54,120 nt of DNA from Minisyncoccota bacterium (GTDB lineage Bacteria > Patescibacteriota > Minisyncoccia > JBAYJV01). The stretch spans positions 1-54,120 of the forward strand of contig JBAYJV010000001.1 of assembly GCA_041664925.1 (NCBI GenBank), given 5' to 3'. This document shows, one piece after another, positions 15,463 to 24,541 of this stretch. How positions within the stretch are numbered: the stretch's first letter is position 1; every line of letters starts with the position of its first letter. Position numbers and translations under genes: made by a program. The notes beneath the pieces were generated by a model. It saw nothing but the letters and a program-made list of their open reading frames with translations. It was not told the DNA's origin and searched no databases.

Positions 15463-15822
15463 TCAGGAACTACCCATCGTTCTCATTTTTCTTGCCATCT
15501 TTCTGGCCATTCTTTTGGCCACCGCAATCTTCGCGCTCCTCCATGCCGTTATACACAACCAGGCAAGTAGAGGAACATAAATGAACTGCACGATGGCTGC
15601 CAATGCGACCGTCCTCGGCCAGAACCACCACACATCAGTTGGTACTCTTTTGTCAAAATGATTCACCAAGTACAGAGAACCAATAACCGCTGCCCAAGAA
15701 AACAGTTGGTATGCTCCGTACGACAACCGACGAATCTTTCCTGTTCGAGTGATTCCAACGCGCCGAGCTTGCCTCAGAAACTTCCCGAATTTCCGCAATG
15801 CCTTCATCCACTCCTCCTTCAT
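15463..15822 (-). CDS. small membrane orphan protein (GC-richer cassette)
   Basis: 119-aa ORF with two hydrophobic helices and an Arg/Lys-rich tail. AAGGAGGAG sits 3 nt before the second ATG (15807), so 114 aa is more likely. Confidence 0.6.
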   Translation of the reverse strand: MKEEWMKALRKFGKFLRQARRVGITRTGKIRRLSYGAYQLFSWAAVIGSLYLVNHFDKRVPTDVWWFWPRTVALAAIVQFIYVPLLAWLCITAWRSAKIAVAKRMARKMARKMRTMGSS

Positions 15823-15833
15823 TCTTCATTTAT

Positions 15834-15862
15834 ATTATACCATAAAGCAAACCAAAATGCAA
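15834..15862 (-). promoter_or_regulatory. sigma70-type promoter
   Basis: Minus strand TTGCAT - 17 nt - TATAAT. Confidence 0.6.
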
Positions 15863-15937
15863 TAGTTTATAGGGTTTTTTTCTGAAAAAATACGATTCAG
15901 TAATTAAATCGTATTTTTGGAAAACTAAAAACTATTT

Positions 15938-16795
15938 TTATTTCCTGCTTTCAGTGACATTGTTATAAACTTCTTTTAGTTCTTTTGACAAATCTTCTTC
16001 TGTTCGATAATTCTTTGTCTTAGTGTCAATAAATTTTCTTTTTTTCTTAAGATAAAATCGTAATACCCCAATAGCATCAAAGATTTTTTGATTTGGCTCA
16101 AGGGAAACTGTTTGTTTCCCCCAAAGCATCATGTCCAACTCATAAATTATCCGCAATGCAATCGCAATAACGGCAGGAAAGATTAGAATAATAATTTTGT
16201 AAAACAAATTGGAAGCATCAAGAAATAGGAGAGATAAGGCAACCACAAAAGACAACGCATAAAGCACAAACCACTCAGATACAAATAATCTTTCTTTCCC
16301 CAGTGTTTCTAGTTTTATTGTGCTGCTCACGAACCCCTCATAATTCTCCAAGAGTCTTGATAAATAAATTTCATCTTCAGTTTTTGATTTAGAGTTCTCA
16401 AGATTAATACATTTAAAAGATTCTGCAATATCTCTATAGTATTCTAATTCTAAGTCTCCTTCGTCCCATTCAACGACTTCATCTGCAATAGAACTTTTTT
16501 CCACTAATCTTGTAAATTCTTTTTTGAATTTTTCATTCATATAGAAATGTTCTGCAAGTTTCACCATATTAAGACCAAAAGATGCTCTATTGCTATGAGT
16601 AGTTCTTATTTCCGCATACCTTGACCATAGTTCTGATATAAAAAAACCCGCCAAAACTCCAAATAGAATACTCGCAATAGTCAGAACAACACTAACAATA
16701 CCTGGATCCGCACTTGGAAAACTTAACTGTACTTTAATTAACCAAAATAAACCTGCGGTTATTAGCGCTAATGCTATGTTTTTCCAATTTTTCAT
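15938..16795 (-). CDS. integral membrane protein, unknown function
   Basis: 285 aa with two N-terminal and two C-terminal hydrophobic helices around a soluble middle region. Confidence 0.6.
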   Translation of the reverse strand: MKNWKNIALALITAGLFWLIKVQLSFPSADPGIVSVVLTIASILFGVLAGFFISELWSRYAEIRTTHSNRASFGLNMVKLAEHFYMNEKFKKEFTRLVEKSSIADEVVEWDEGDLELEYYRDIAESFKCINLENSKSKTEDEIYLSRLLENYEGFVSSTIKLETLGKERLFVSEWFVLYALSFVVALSLLFLDASNLFYKIIILIFPAVIAIALRIIYELDMMLWGKQTVSLEPNQKIFDAIGVLRFYLKKKRKFIDTKTKNYRTEEDLSKELKEVYNNVTESRK

Positions 16796-16829
16796 ATTAG
16801 AAAAAATTTTAACAATTAATATTAGAACA

Positions 16830-17639
16830 TTAAACTAAGAAAATGATAATGAGAATTCCTAAGGCAATTCGATATACAACAAATGGTATCAAGCTTCCTT
16901 TTTCGGCAATATAATTTAAAATCTTTATTGCCAAAAATCCTGATACTAGTGCTGCCAAAAAGCCAACCAACAAATTCATCCCGTTAATGGAAATTGACGG
17001 ATCCTTTATGATTTTTATTCCTTCAAAAAGAGCCGCTGCTGCGATCAATGGCGCTGACATTAGAAAAGAAAATCGGATCGCTGCTTTCTTTGTTAGTCCT
17101 GAAAATAATCCTCCGGTAATTGAAAGACCGCTGCGCGATCCGCCCGGAATTACAGAAATTGCTTGAAAAATACCAATAACGAAAGATTTGTTCTTGGTAA
17201 TATTCTTTGGATTCGATTCATTGTAAATGTTTCTTCGCGACATCAACTCAGCAATTCCCAGAATTAATCCCCAGAAAATCAGATTAATACCTATAATTAT
17301 CGGCGATCTCCATTGGTTTTCAACAAAATTTCCTAAAAACAGCCCAGCGATTAAGGCTGGGGTTATGCCAATAACAATGAGTAATAAAAGCTTTCTTTCG
17401 GAGTTATATTTTTCATCTTTCCAAAATAACAATCCCTTTATAATACTTGCCCAATCTTTTCTAAACAAAAAAAGAACTGCTAAAAGCGTTCCTAAATGAA
17501 GCAAAACATCAAACACTAATCCCTGATCTTGCCAATTGAAGAGTTTCGGAAAAATCGCCAAATGAGCTGATGAAGAAATAGGAAGAAATTCTGTCAGCCC
17601 CTGAACAAGACCAAGAATAATTGATTGAAGAATATGCAT
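16830..17639 (-). CDS. uppP: undecaprenyl-diphosphate phosphatase
   Basis: 269 aa with the BacA/UppP signatures 'LTEFLPISSSAHL' and 'PGGSRSG'. Confidence 0.9.
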   Translation of the reverse strand: MHILQSIILGLVQGLTEFLPISSSAHLAIFPKLFNWQDQGLVFDVLLHLGTLLAVLFLFRKDWASIIKGLLFWKDEKYNSERKLLLLIVIGITPALIAGLFLGNFVENQWRSPIIIGINLIFWGLILGIAELMSRRNIYNESNPKNITKNKSFVIGIFQAISVIPGGSRSGLSITGGLFSGLTKKAAIRFSFLMSAPLIAAAALFEGIKIIKDPSISINGMNLLVGFLAALVSGFLAIKILNYIAEKGSLIPFVVYRIALGILIIIFLV

Positions 17640-17641
17640 TT

Positions 17642-18379
17642 TTATTTACAAGCACCTTCTTTGTAACCGAGAGTAACTTCGCCTGAAATACATGCCACAC
17701 AATTATTAGAAAATGTTTTCCATGCTGGATCACTATTTTCATCCGCAATCCTTGCGCAAACTGGTTGATCAACCTGAGCACAAGTTATCCCCTGATTTTC
17801 ATCAATCGGACCACAGTTTTCTAAAGTGATATTACCTTCTTCCGGCGTACATTCACCCCTAAAGTATGCCCACTCTTCGCATTCGCCTTTACTAAAAATA
17901 CACACACCAATTTGACCTTGCTCTGTGTTTTTTATTTCTAATTTTCCTCCTTGTTTCTCGCAATACGCCGAAGCAGGATTGGCAATGCCTAATGGTGCTT
18001 CTTTTTTTTCTTGAATAACTTTGACCTGAATTTGTCTTGTTCCATAGTCAATAACATCAGTAACCAAGTTTCCTTCTATTAAAACCATTTTTCCTGAATC
18101 TCTGAAACTAATAATTTTATCTTGAATGTCTTTTTTAATGCCAAAAGCCTCTATACCATACTCTTGCCCGTCAGTAGAAACAAAATAATCGTCAAATTGT
18201 GATCCATTCGGAGTTGAAATGATTTTTCCTTCAAGATTAATAATGTTTTCTTCTGGTGGCAGAGGAACTTCTTTTTCTGGAGACCTAACAACAGTTCCGT
18301 TTAAAACAAAAATTATCGCAATAACTAAAACTAAAACTGGAACGCCTATATAGAGAAATTTGTTTTTAAAAATATTCAT
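17642..18379 (-). CDS. secreted protein with DUF333-like and Kazal-like Cys-rich modules
   Basis: 245 aa with an N-terminal anchor. 'NPASAYCEKQGGKLE..GVCIF..GECEEWAYFRGEC' fits the DUF333 pattern. C-terminal 'QPVCA....FSNNCVAC' is Kazal-like. Confidence 0.6.
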   Translation of the reverse strand: MNIFKNKFLYIGVPVLVLVIAIIFVLNGTVVRSPEKEVPLPPEENIINLEGKIISTPNGSQFDDYFVSTDGQEYGIEAFGIKKDIQDKIISFRDSGKMVLIEGNLVTDVIDYGTRQIQVKVIQEKKEAPLGIANPASAYCEKQGGKLEIKNTEQGQIGVCIFSKGECEEWAYFRGECTPEEGNITLENCGPIDENQGITCAQVDQPVCARIADENSDPAWKTFSNNCVACISGEVTLGYKEGACK

Positions 18380-18390
18380 GAAGATAAAAA

Positions 18391-19068
18391 TTACAAATCA
18401 ATTTTTTTTGTTTTTCTGAAAACCAAATACGAATAAACGCCGAGAAAGATAACGCCGCCAATGATAAATACCATCATCATAATAAAAGACATTTCACTCT
18501 TAAAAATAGCTGATAAAGCGGTAGCCACACCAATTACTTCAAAAACCCACATCCCCATCTCGTGCGTTTTCTTCCAAACCTCATCAGAACTCAATGTCCA
18601 TGGCGACTTTATGCCAATAAAGAAGTTTCTTTTTATTTTAGGCATTAAAGCTCCTAAAAAGAAAAACAGCGCTCCCGTGCCAATAATAACAATTTTATCA
18701 ACCGGTAGTTTTGCGGTACTCATTGCCGCATTCAACATCAATACGTGAAGCGCTGAAAGAAAAAGAACAATCGCAAATTTCATTTGCCAATAAATAGAAT
18801 AGGATTTTTCAACATTTTTGCGCAATGGATCTAAGAGAACAATAAAACTCAAAAAAAGATATCCTATTAAATAAATAATCGGCATGTAAAAAACGACCAT
18901 ATTTCTCGATGACCAACCGTTGATCTCTCCATTGATTCCCCAGTGTGTCGGAATCTGAGCCGGTAATTGTCCATAAAAGATTATGCCAACCACGACTAAT
19001 ATTAGGAGAAAAAATATGGGAAATATCTCTTTTTTAAAATTAAATAATTTCATAGAAAAAACACACAA
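18391..19068 (-). CDS. SdpI/YhfL-family membrane protein (DUF1648 + SdpI)
   Basis: 225 aa with 'LPAQIPTHWGINGEINGWSS' (DUF1648) and 'RNFFIGIKSPWTLSSDEVWKKTH' (SdpI family). Confidence 0.7.
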   Translation of the reverse strand: MCVFSMKLFNFKKEIFPIFFLLILVVVGIIFYGQLPAQIPTHWGINGEINGWSSRNMVVFYMPIIYLIGYLFLSFIVLLDPLRKNVEKSYSIYWQMKFAIVLFLSALHVLMLNAAMSTAKLPVDKIVIIGTGALFFFLGALMPKIKRNFFIGIKSPWTLSSDEVWKKTHEMGMWVFEVIGVATALSAIFKSEMSFIMMMVFIIGGVIFLGVYSYLVFRKTKKIDL

Positions 19069-19072
19069 CTAA

Positions 19073-20458
19073 TTAATTTTCATTATTAGCAGGTTCGCTA
19101 ATAATATTATCAGATGTAGTACTATTAATATCTATGTTTTCTTCTGTTGTTGGAGTTGTCGTTGATAAATCTTTTTTCGGTAAAGTATCAAGATTTATTG
19201 GAGAAAAGTTAATGTTTTCTTCTGCAGCTTCTTCTGTTTTATTTTCAACCTCAATGCTTTCTGCGCTTTCAGTACTCGTGCTGTCCAATAAAGAAGACAC
19301 TGTTAATATTTCCTCTTTTGGCGTAACAACCCAATAATCAAAAAGGATGTTTTCTTCTGCAGGAGCAATGATTGAAACTTCAAAATATTCACCAATTCTT
19401 CGATCAGATATCCACCATACTCCTGGAATCGGAGATTTTATAGTAATAAACACCTTTGCGTTTAATGTCAAGTAGTTTGTGTATATCCTCGATCCTGTTT
19501 CTCCCTTCGCAATAACCCCTTCTCCAAAATCACCAACTAGAAAATTTGTTCCTAAATTAGTAACTCCCTCTATCTCAAACTTTTCTTTTTCCTGTGAGAT
19601 TATTTGATTACTATTTTCTTTCTGAGTTGTTTCTTCCGAATTGTCTATTTTTAAAATTGAAAGAATTTCTTTGGTATTGTCTTCTATTCTTGTAGCTTGA
19701 AGCGCAGCACTGGCTAGTCGAGAAGAAATTTCCGTTAAACTTTTTGAAATTATATCTAAAACCTCTCGGAAAAAATTAAGTAAAATTCCCCAAAAACCAG
19801 TATTTTTAACATTGGCATTTTCTTCAAAACTTAAAATTTTATCAAAAAGTAAGTTAAGAGTTTCTGGCACTATAATTACTGCCGTAGCATCACTTTCTGT
19901 AAGCCTTTGCTGAAGAAATCTTAAGAATGCTTGTTGATTTATGTTCTCTGTGCTTGTTGCGCTTTTTCTAAATTCTTCAATTAATGCTTTTATAAAATCT
20001 TCTTGAGAAATTTCCACCGAACCTTTAAGAAAAATGCTTTCAAGAGTAACAATAGGAATACGGGGTGTCATTTCTTGATCCCAAGACGGATTAGGATTAT
20101 TTCCTCCAACAACAACACCTAGCCAATATTTTTTGTTTATTAAGTCAATATTCAGTTGATTTTTAGTTCCAAGAATTGTTTGAAATTTCCCGTTTTGTAC
20201 TGGCATCATCTCTTCCCCTGTAAATTCTTCTTGCCATAAAAATTCGTTAGATGTCTTTTGATCATAAAGCAAAAATCTCATATTGTAATTCTCCGATCCG
20301 ACTGAACTTCCTTCGGCATTTTTAAGTGTACCTGAGAGAAAAATTTTAACATTATCTTCATCAGCTGCAAAAACTGATTTTGATTGAAAACCAAAAAAAC
20401 ATAACGCAAAAAACATTAAGCATAGGACAATCTTAAAATATGTTTTTGCTTTATTCAT
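19073..20458 (-). CDS. secreted surface protein, unknown fold
   Basis: 461 aa with signal peptide 'FFALCFFGFQSKSVFA' and a T/S/E/N-rich tail. It has a 4-nt overlap with the upstream gene. Confidence 0.65.
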   Translation of the reverse strand: MNKAKTYFKIVLCLMFFALCFFGFQSKSVFAADEDNVKIFLSGTLKNAEGSSVGSENYNMRFLLYDQKTSNEFLWQEEFTGEEMMPVQNGKFQTILGTKNQLNIDLINKKYWLGVVVGGNNPNPSWDQEMTPRIPIVTLESIFLKGSVEISQEDFIKALIEEFRKSATSTENINQQAFLRFLQQRLTESDATAVIIVPETLNLLFDKILSFEENANVKNTGFWGILLNFFREVLDIISKSLTEISSRLASAALQATRIEDNTKEILSILKIDNSEETTQKENSNQIISQEKEKFEIEGVTNLGTNFLVGDFGEGVIAKGETGSRIYTNYLTLNAKVFITIKSPIPGVWWISDRRIGEYFEVSIIAPAEENILFDYWVVTPKEEILTVSSLLDSTSTESAESIEVENKTEEAAEENINFSPINLDTLPKKDLSTTTPTTEENIDINSTTSDNIISEPANNEN

Positions 20459-22338
20459 TGACTAAAAAATATTTTTTTCGTGATACCAAAAATACTCAAT
20501 ACTAGACCCGATATTGCAAAGATAACAAAAGCAACAAAACCTGCGTTTTCTTTTAATCTCCACCATGGAACAAACACGCTCGATATTTTTATTTTTTGAT
20601 TAATAATCCTGTCTTTAACTTCGAAACTTTCTGTCTTATGACCACCAAAGCCATCTTTTTGAGCTTCAATATAGTAGACACCTTGTGGAACCATAAAACC
20701 AAAGGATCCTGAACTGTCTGTATATTGAGGATTCGCTTGATTATATTTATTTGCATCAAATAGAACCCATTTATTTTCTTTTGACTTTACAAAAAGAGAT
20801 ACTTTAACTCCTTCAAGTCGATTTTCCTTATAGCTGAATTGCCATGAAGCTATTCTTTTTGCAAATAAATGTGCGTACGGCTCAACCACTTCTTGATAAA
20901 CATACCCATATGGATCAATCAAGGCATTACCAACTAAAATCTCTTCGCGCCGTTTATCTTTGTAATATAAAATAATTTTGATTTCATACTGATTTTTCCC
21001 CGGAGGTGTTTCTATTTTTGCCTGCCATTTATCATCTAGTAATTGCATAGCGTATAAAGATCTGCCAAAGACAAGAGAGATTCCTTCTACTTGATCTTCT
21101 GTGTATCCGTCTTCAATCACAAAACTGAGAGATGTTTTCTCTAAATAGTGAAAAGTTTTTCTTGTTAATCCTTTTATCGCAACACCTGCATCATCATTTA
21201 AAATAATTTCATCTCCCGGTTTAATTATTAACTGCTTATTTTCAGTTTCTAAAACAACCGATTCTGCGTTTCTGTTATAAATAATTTCTGTCGCATTATT
21301 ATCGGGATAAACTATCTCGGGTTTCTGTTCTCCTTTGGCAGGTCCAGCTAAATCCGTTTTATTTTCTGTATATATTATCTCAAAAATCGCAGGAGAAGAG
21401 TAGTTTCTTGCGTAATCATAAGTAAAAGCTGAATAATAATAAATCTTGTCGACTCTAATATCAAAATCAAAAAGATTCTCATCCTTCCCTTCAAAAATCA
21501 TTCCTGACGGAGAGAGTGGGTTTAAAATGAAACTATCTTCACTTCTAAAAACACGAACTCCGTCAACATCTCCTTCTGATGGCAAAAGCCAAGTTAACTT
21601 GATATTCTTATTTGAATTTTTTGCTGCAAAATTTACTGGAGAAGACGGTGAAATTCTGTCTAAAATAATACTTTTTTCAATGACCTTACTTAGGCCACCA
21701 GCATTATCTTGAAACTGAAAATAGAGCGTTTTTCTGCCATCTGTATTAGACAATTGCCAATCTGTTCGAGGTTCAACATGATTCCATGCTGTTTCAACAA
21801 AACCGTTGTTTTCTGAAATTCTTACTCTTTCAAAATCGCTATAATTTCTAAAACTGATTTTAATCTCTCTTTGGCTAGAATATGAGGCGCCATTATTTAA
21901 AAGAATTTCCAAATCACCAATATCTAACAATTCTATTTTTGGTAAAATTACCGATCCGCCTTGACTGCCTGCAGTAGAAGGTGTTACGAAGCTATAATTT
22001 ATTCCGCCATTGTCATAATTGTAAGTTGATGTATTGTTTAGTAAATCAGTACTTCTAATTTGAAAATAATAAACTGTATTTGCGTTCAACCCAGACAAGC
22101 TCACTTGATGATTCCTTGTGCCATAAGCTTCCTCTAGTGTATTACTATATGTTGATGTAGTAATTCCATAATTAATATAAGAGCTAATAGTGCTTTCATT
22201 TGTCTCCCAATTAATCGTCACTGACGAATAAGCAAGATCGGATTTTTGAATATTTGAAACAATTGGTCCTGCAATATCAGGACCACTAGAAATACTTACT
22301 GTCGTTGTCGCATTATTAGCCAATGCATTATTGGGCAA
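20455..22338 (-). CDS. FN3 / carboxypeptidase-regulatory-like surface protein with C-terminal TM anchor
   Basis: 627-aa ORF starting at TTG. FN3-like blocks ('VTINWETNE..YYFQIRSTD', 'IKLTWLLPSEGDVDGVRVFRS'), 'GVYYIEAQKDGF' (CarboxypepD_reg-like), and a terminal TM. The true N-terminus appears to lie upstream, as described in the next feature. Confidence 0.7.
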   Translation of the reverse strand: MPNNALANNATTTVSISSGPDIAGPIVSNIQKSDLAYSSVTINWETNESTISSYINYGITTSTYSNTLEEAYGTRNHQVSLSGLNANTVYYFQIRSTDLLNNTSTYNYDNGGINYSFVTPSTAGSQGGSVILPKIELLDIGDLEILLNNGASYSSQREIKISFRNYSDFERVRISENNGFVETAWNHVEPRTDWQLSNTDGRKTLYFQFQDNAGGLSKVIEKSIILDRISPSSPVNFAAKNSNKNIKLTWLLPSEGDVDGVRVFRSEDSFILNPLSPSGMIFEGKDENLFDFDIRVDKIYYYSAFTYDYARNYSSPAIFEIIYTENKTDLAGPAKGEQKPEIVYPDNNATEIIYNRNAESVVLETENKQLIIKPGDEIILNDDAGVAIKGLTRKTFHYLEKTSLSFVIEDGYTEDQVEGISLVFGRSLYAMQLLDDKWQAKIETPPGKNQYEIKIILYYKDKRREEILVGNALIDPYGYVYQEVVEPYAHLFAKRIASWQFSYKENRLEGVKVSLFVKSKENKWVLFDANKYNQANPQYTDSSGSFGFMVPQGVYYIEAQKDGFGGHKTESFEVKDRIINQKIKISSVFVPWWRLKENAGFVAFVIFAISGLVLSIFGITKKIFFSQ

Positions 22339-22408
22339 TAATTGGTATGTGCAAAAAATAATCAGACTAAGAACTGCTAATAAAAATTTTTTTTTTAGAA
22401 AAATCCAT
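22339..22408 (-). other. out-of-frame ATG plus signal-peptide segment separated from the ORF body by an A10 tract
   Basis: ATG(22408) GAT TTT TCT A10(22396-22387). With A9 the reading continues FLLAVLSLIIFCTYQLLPNNALA into the 20455..22338 frame. With A10 it stops after 13 codons. Confidence 0.65.
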
Positions 22409-22428
22409 GATTTTTATCTTTTCTGTTT

Positions 22429-23484
22429 TCATTTAATAATCTTTTTCTTTGGTTTGATGGTAACTGATTTCCCTTCAAATTCATTCGCAACTCCACTTAT
22501 CTCACTTGCTGAATCTTTTGGCAATTTATAATTCTTCTTTTCTTTTAATATAATCTGCTCTTGTAAGTTTTTTTTGAAATACCTTGTAAAAAAGACAAAA
22601 CTAAGACATAGAAGAATCAATGCTCCTCCTAGGGCACCGATAATAATGTATAAAACAACATTTCCTGAAGAACCAAAAACAGAAGGCTTTCCCGCTTCTG
22701 TTTCAAAAGCAATATTTTCTTTTGTCAAAAGCTGGTTTTTTTGGTCAAAAACAGAAACCTCCGCCCAATAGTTATTTAAATCTGGAATCCATGGTACTGT
22801 CGCTCTTATGGGTCCTGAATTCTGAGGAGAGATTTTGCCATCAAACTGAGAAACTGTAAATGATCCTAATTGAACTCGGTGGAACTTGTCAAAAATATCA
22901 ACAATTATATGATCCGGCTGAATATCAACGTTACCACTATTTTCAACAAATAAAACCAAGCTTAGCTTTTCGCCAGCTTTAGCTTTGTCAACTTGAATAC
23001 CTAAAATTCTAAATTTTTTAATTTCCTGGTCTGTGACACTGATTTTTATATCCGCAAGAGCACCTATCGACACACCAACGCCGACACTTGATTCTGTGCA
23101 ATTTTCCCCGACACAACTTTGCGAAGCCCCACCTATAAATTTAATTGTTCCAGTATATTCACCGTTAGCAGTGGTATTGGGAATATTTATCCAAACCTTT
23201 ACTGGAAATTGTTTATTTCCTGCCAGGTAAGTAAATTTCGTTCCTCTTTCAAGCTCTATCCATTTTGCTGTATCTCCTGATATTTCTGCAGAAATTAACA
23301 AATCTTCTTTTGGATCGCTCCTTGATAAAACAATAACTTTTTCAATTTTTGTTCCCCTTAAAACACCATCAAGGGTAATGCCTGCGGGGCTAATACCAAA
23401 GCCGGCTCTTGCGTAAGAGCCGAAACTTAACACAATAAAAACTGAAGCGAAGATGCTTAAATATTGAAAAGTTTTTCTTTGCAT
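22429..23484 (-). CDS. secreted beta-sandwich protein with C-terminal TM anchor
   Basis: 351 aa. Signal peptide, 'LVLFVENSGNVDIQ' (CARDB/NEW3-like strand pattern), TM 'VVLYIIIGALGGALILLCLSFVFF', and a basic tail. Confidence 0.65.
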   Translation of the reverse strand: MQRKTFQYLSIFASVFIVLSFGSYARAGFGISPAGITLDGVLRGTKIEKVIVLSRSDPKEDLLISAEISGDTAKWIELERGTKFTYLAGNKQFPVKVWINIPNTTANGEYTGTIKFIGGASQSCVGENCTESSVGVGVSIGALADIKISVTDQEIKKFRILGIQVDKAKAGEKLSLVLFVENSGNVDIQPDHIIVDIFDKFHRVQLGSFTVSQFDGKISPQNSGPIRATVPWIPDLNNYWAEVSVFDQKNQLLTKENIAFETEAGKPSVFGSSGNVVLYIIIGALGGALILLCLSFVFFTRYFKKNLQEQIILKEKKNYKLPKDSASEISGVANEFEGKSVTIKPKKKIIK

Positions 23485-23495
23485 AAAAAATTTAA

Positions 23496-24431
23496 TTAAT
23501 CCTGCGCTTGATCATCATTTACGGGCGTAAAAGTGTTACTACCAGAGCAAGAACCATCGGCGCCATCCGCAGGCACTCTCAACATCCAATGGATTGCCTG
23601 TGTTGAAGTTGATCCTGTACTTGCCACCAAATCATAATCTTTTTCTGCTGGAGATCCGGAAAGAGTATAGGTTCCTGCTGTCCAATCCGTAATCGTTGAA
23701 GTGCTATATTTTTGTTGAGCAACAGCGATTGTTCCGGGAGTACAAGTCATATCGGATCCGGAAGCTTGAATATCTAATCTTAGATTGCCAGTATTAGTGA
23801 TTGTTTGTTCTTGATCGGCAGAATCTGCGCTAAGCGCTAAACTACCATAAGCAATCGGAGTAGTAACATCAATTGCCGACAGAGAAGCAATCTCAATTGT
23901 GTCAGAATTTGTGCCACTGGTAGTACTATCGCTAGCTGTTACCAGCATTGTCCAAGTTGTCGATGATGCTGCGGCATTTTCGTCTGTTGCATTACTATAA
24001 TAATTAACCGCGACCGAACAAGTATAATCAGCGCTTGTATCAGCAGCGTTGTCACAAGTATTACCGGTTTCAACAATCGTACAGCTAGAAGTAGCGTAAC
24101 AATCATAACCATTAGTCGCGCAACTATTTGTTTTATCAGTTCTGTAAAAATGCTCAATAACCGATGCAATATCTTGACAACTATTACCATCTGTCACCGT
24201 AACTGTTGTCGTTGCTAATCCATTCGTTGCTTCTGAAAAAGAAATACTTGCGTCACTGTTATTTATATTAAAAGCGCCTATGGTTGGAGTTGCATTGGCG
24301 ATAGTTGCAGTAGTGGTTGCATTATCAGCTATAGCACTTTGCTTGTCCATACCAAAACCACCTAGTATTAAATAGAAAACAAAAAAAGAGCTCAGCCAAA
24401 AACTGACAGCCAAAAACTTATCTCTAAACAT
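23496..24431 (-). CDS. secreted Thr/Ser/Cys-rich protein, paralogous to a module of the 1,624-aa giant
   Basis: 311 aa. It aligns with about aa 985-1215 of the giant protein (TTTVTVT.., ..DCY.., ..YTC.., A.DSTT, IE..SLSA.D, NTGN, G.DM.C..G.I.V.QQ.YS, G..C.G.NTF.PV). Confidence 0.7.
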   Translation of the reverse strand: MFRDKFLAVSFWLSSFFVFYLILGGFGMDKQSAIADNATTTATIANATPTIGAFNINNSDASISFSEATNGLATTTVTVTDGNSCQDIASVIEHFYRTDKTNSCATNGYDCYATSSCTIVETGNTCDNAADTSADYTCSVAVNYYSNATDENAAASSTTWTMLVTASDSTTSGTNSDTIEIASLSAIDVTTPIAYGSLALSADSADQEQTITNTGNLRLDIQASGSDMTCTPGTIAVAQQKYSTSTITDWTAGTYTLSGSPAEKDYDLVASTGSTSTQAIHWMLRVPADGADGSCSGSNTFTPVNDDQAQD

Positions 24432-24541
24432 ATGTTTGTAAACAAAAAATAATTTTTAATTCAATAATTCAATTATATCACTTTTTAAAAATCAAAAAAA
24501 GAATTTCTGTGGATAATTTTTTATAAAAATAATTATTTATC

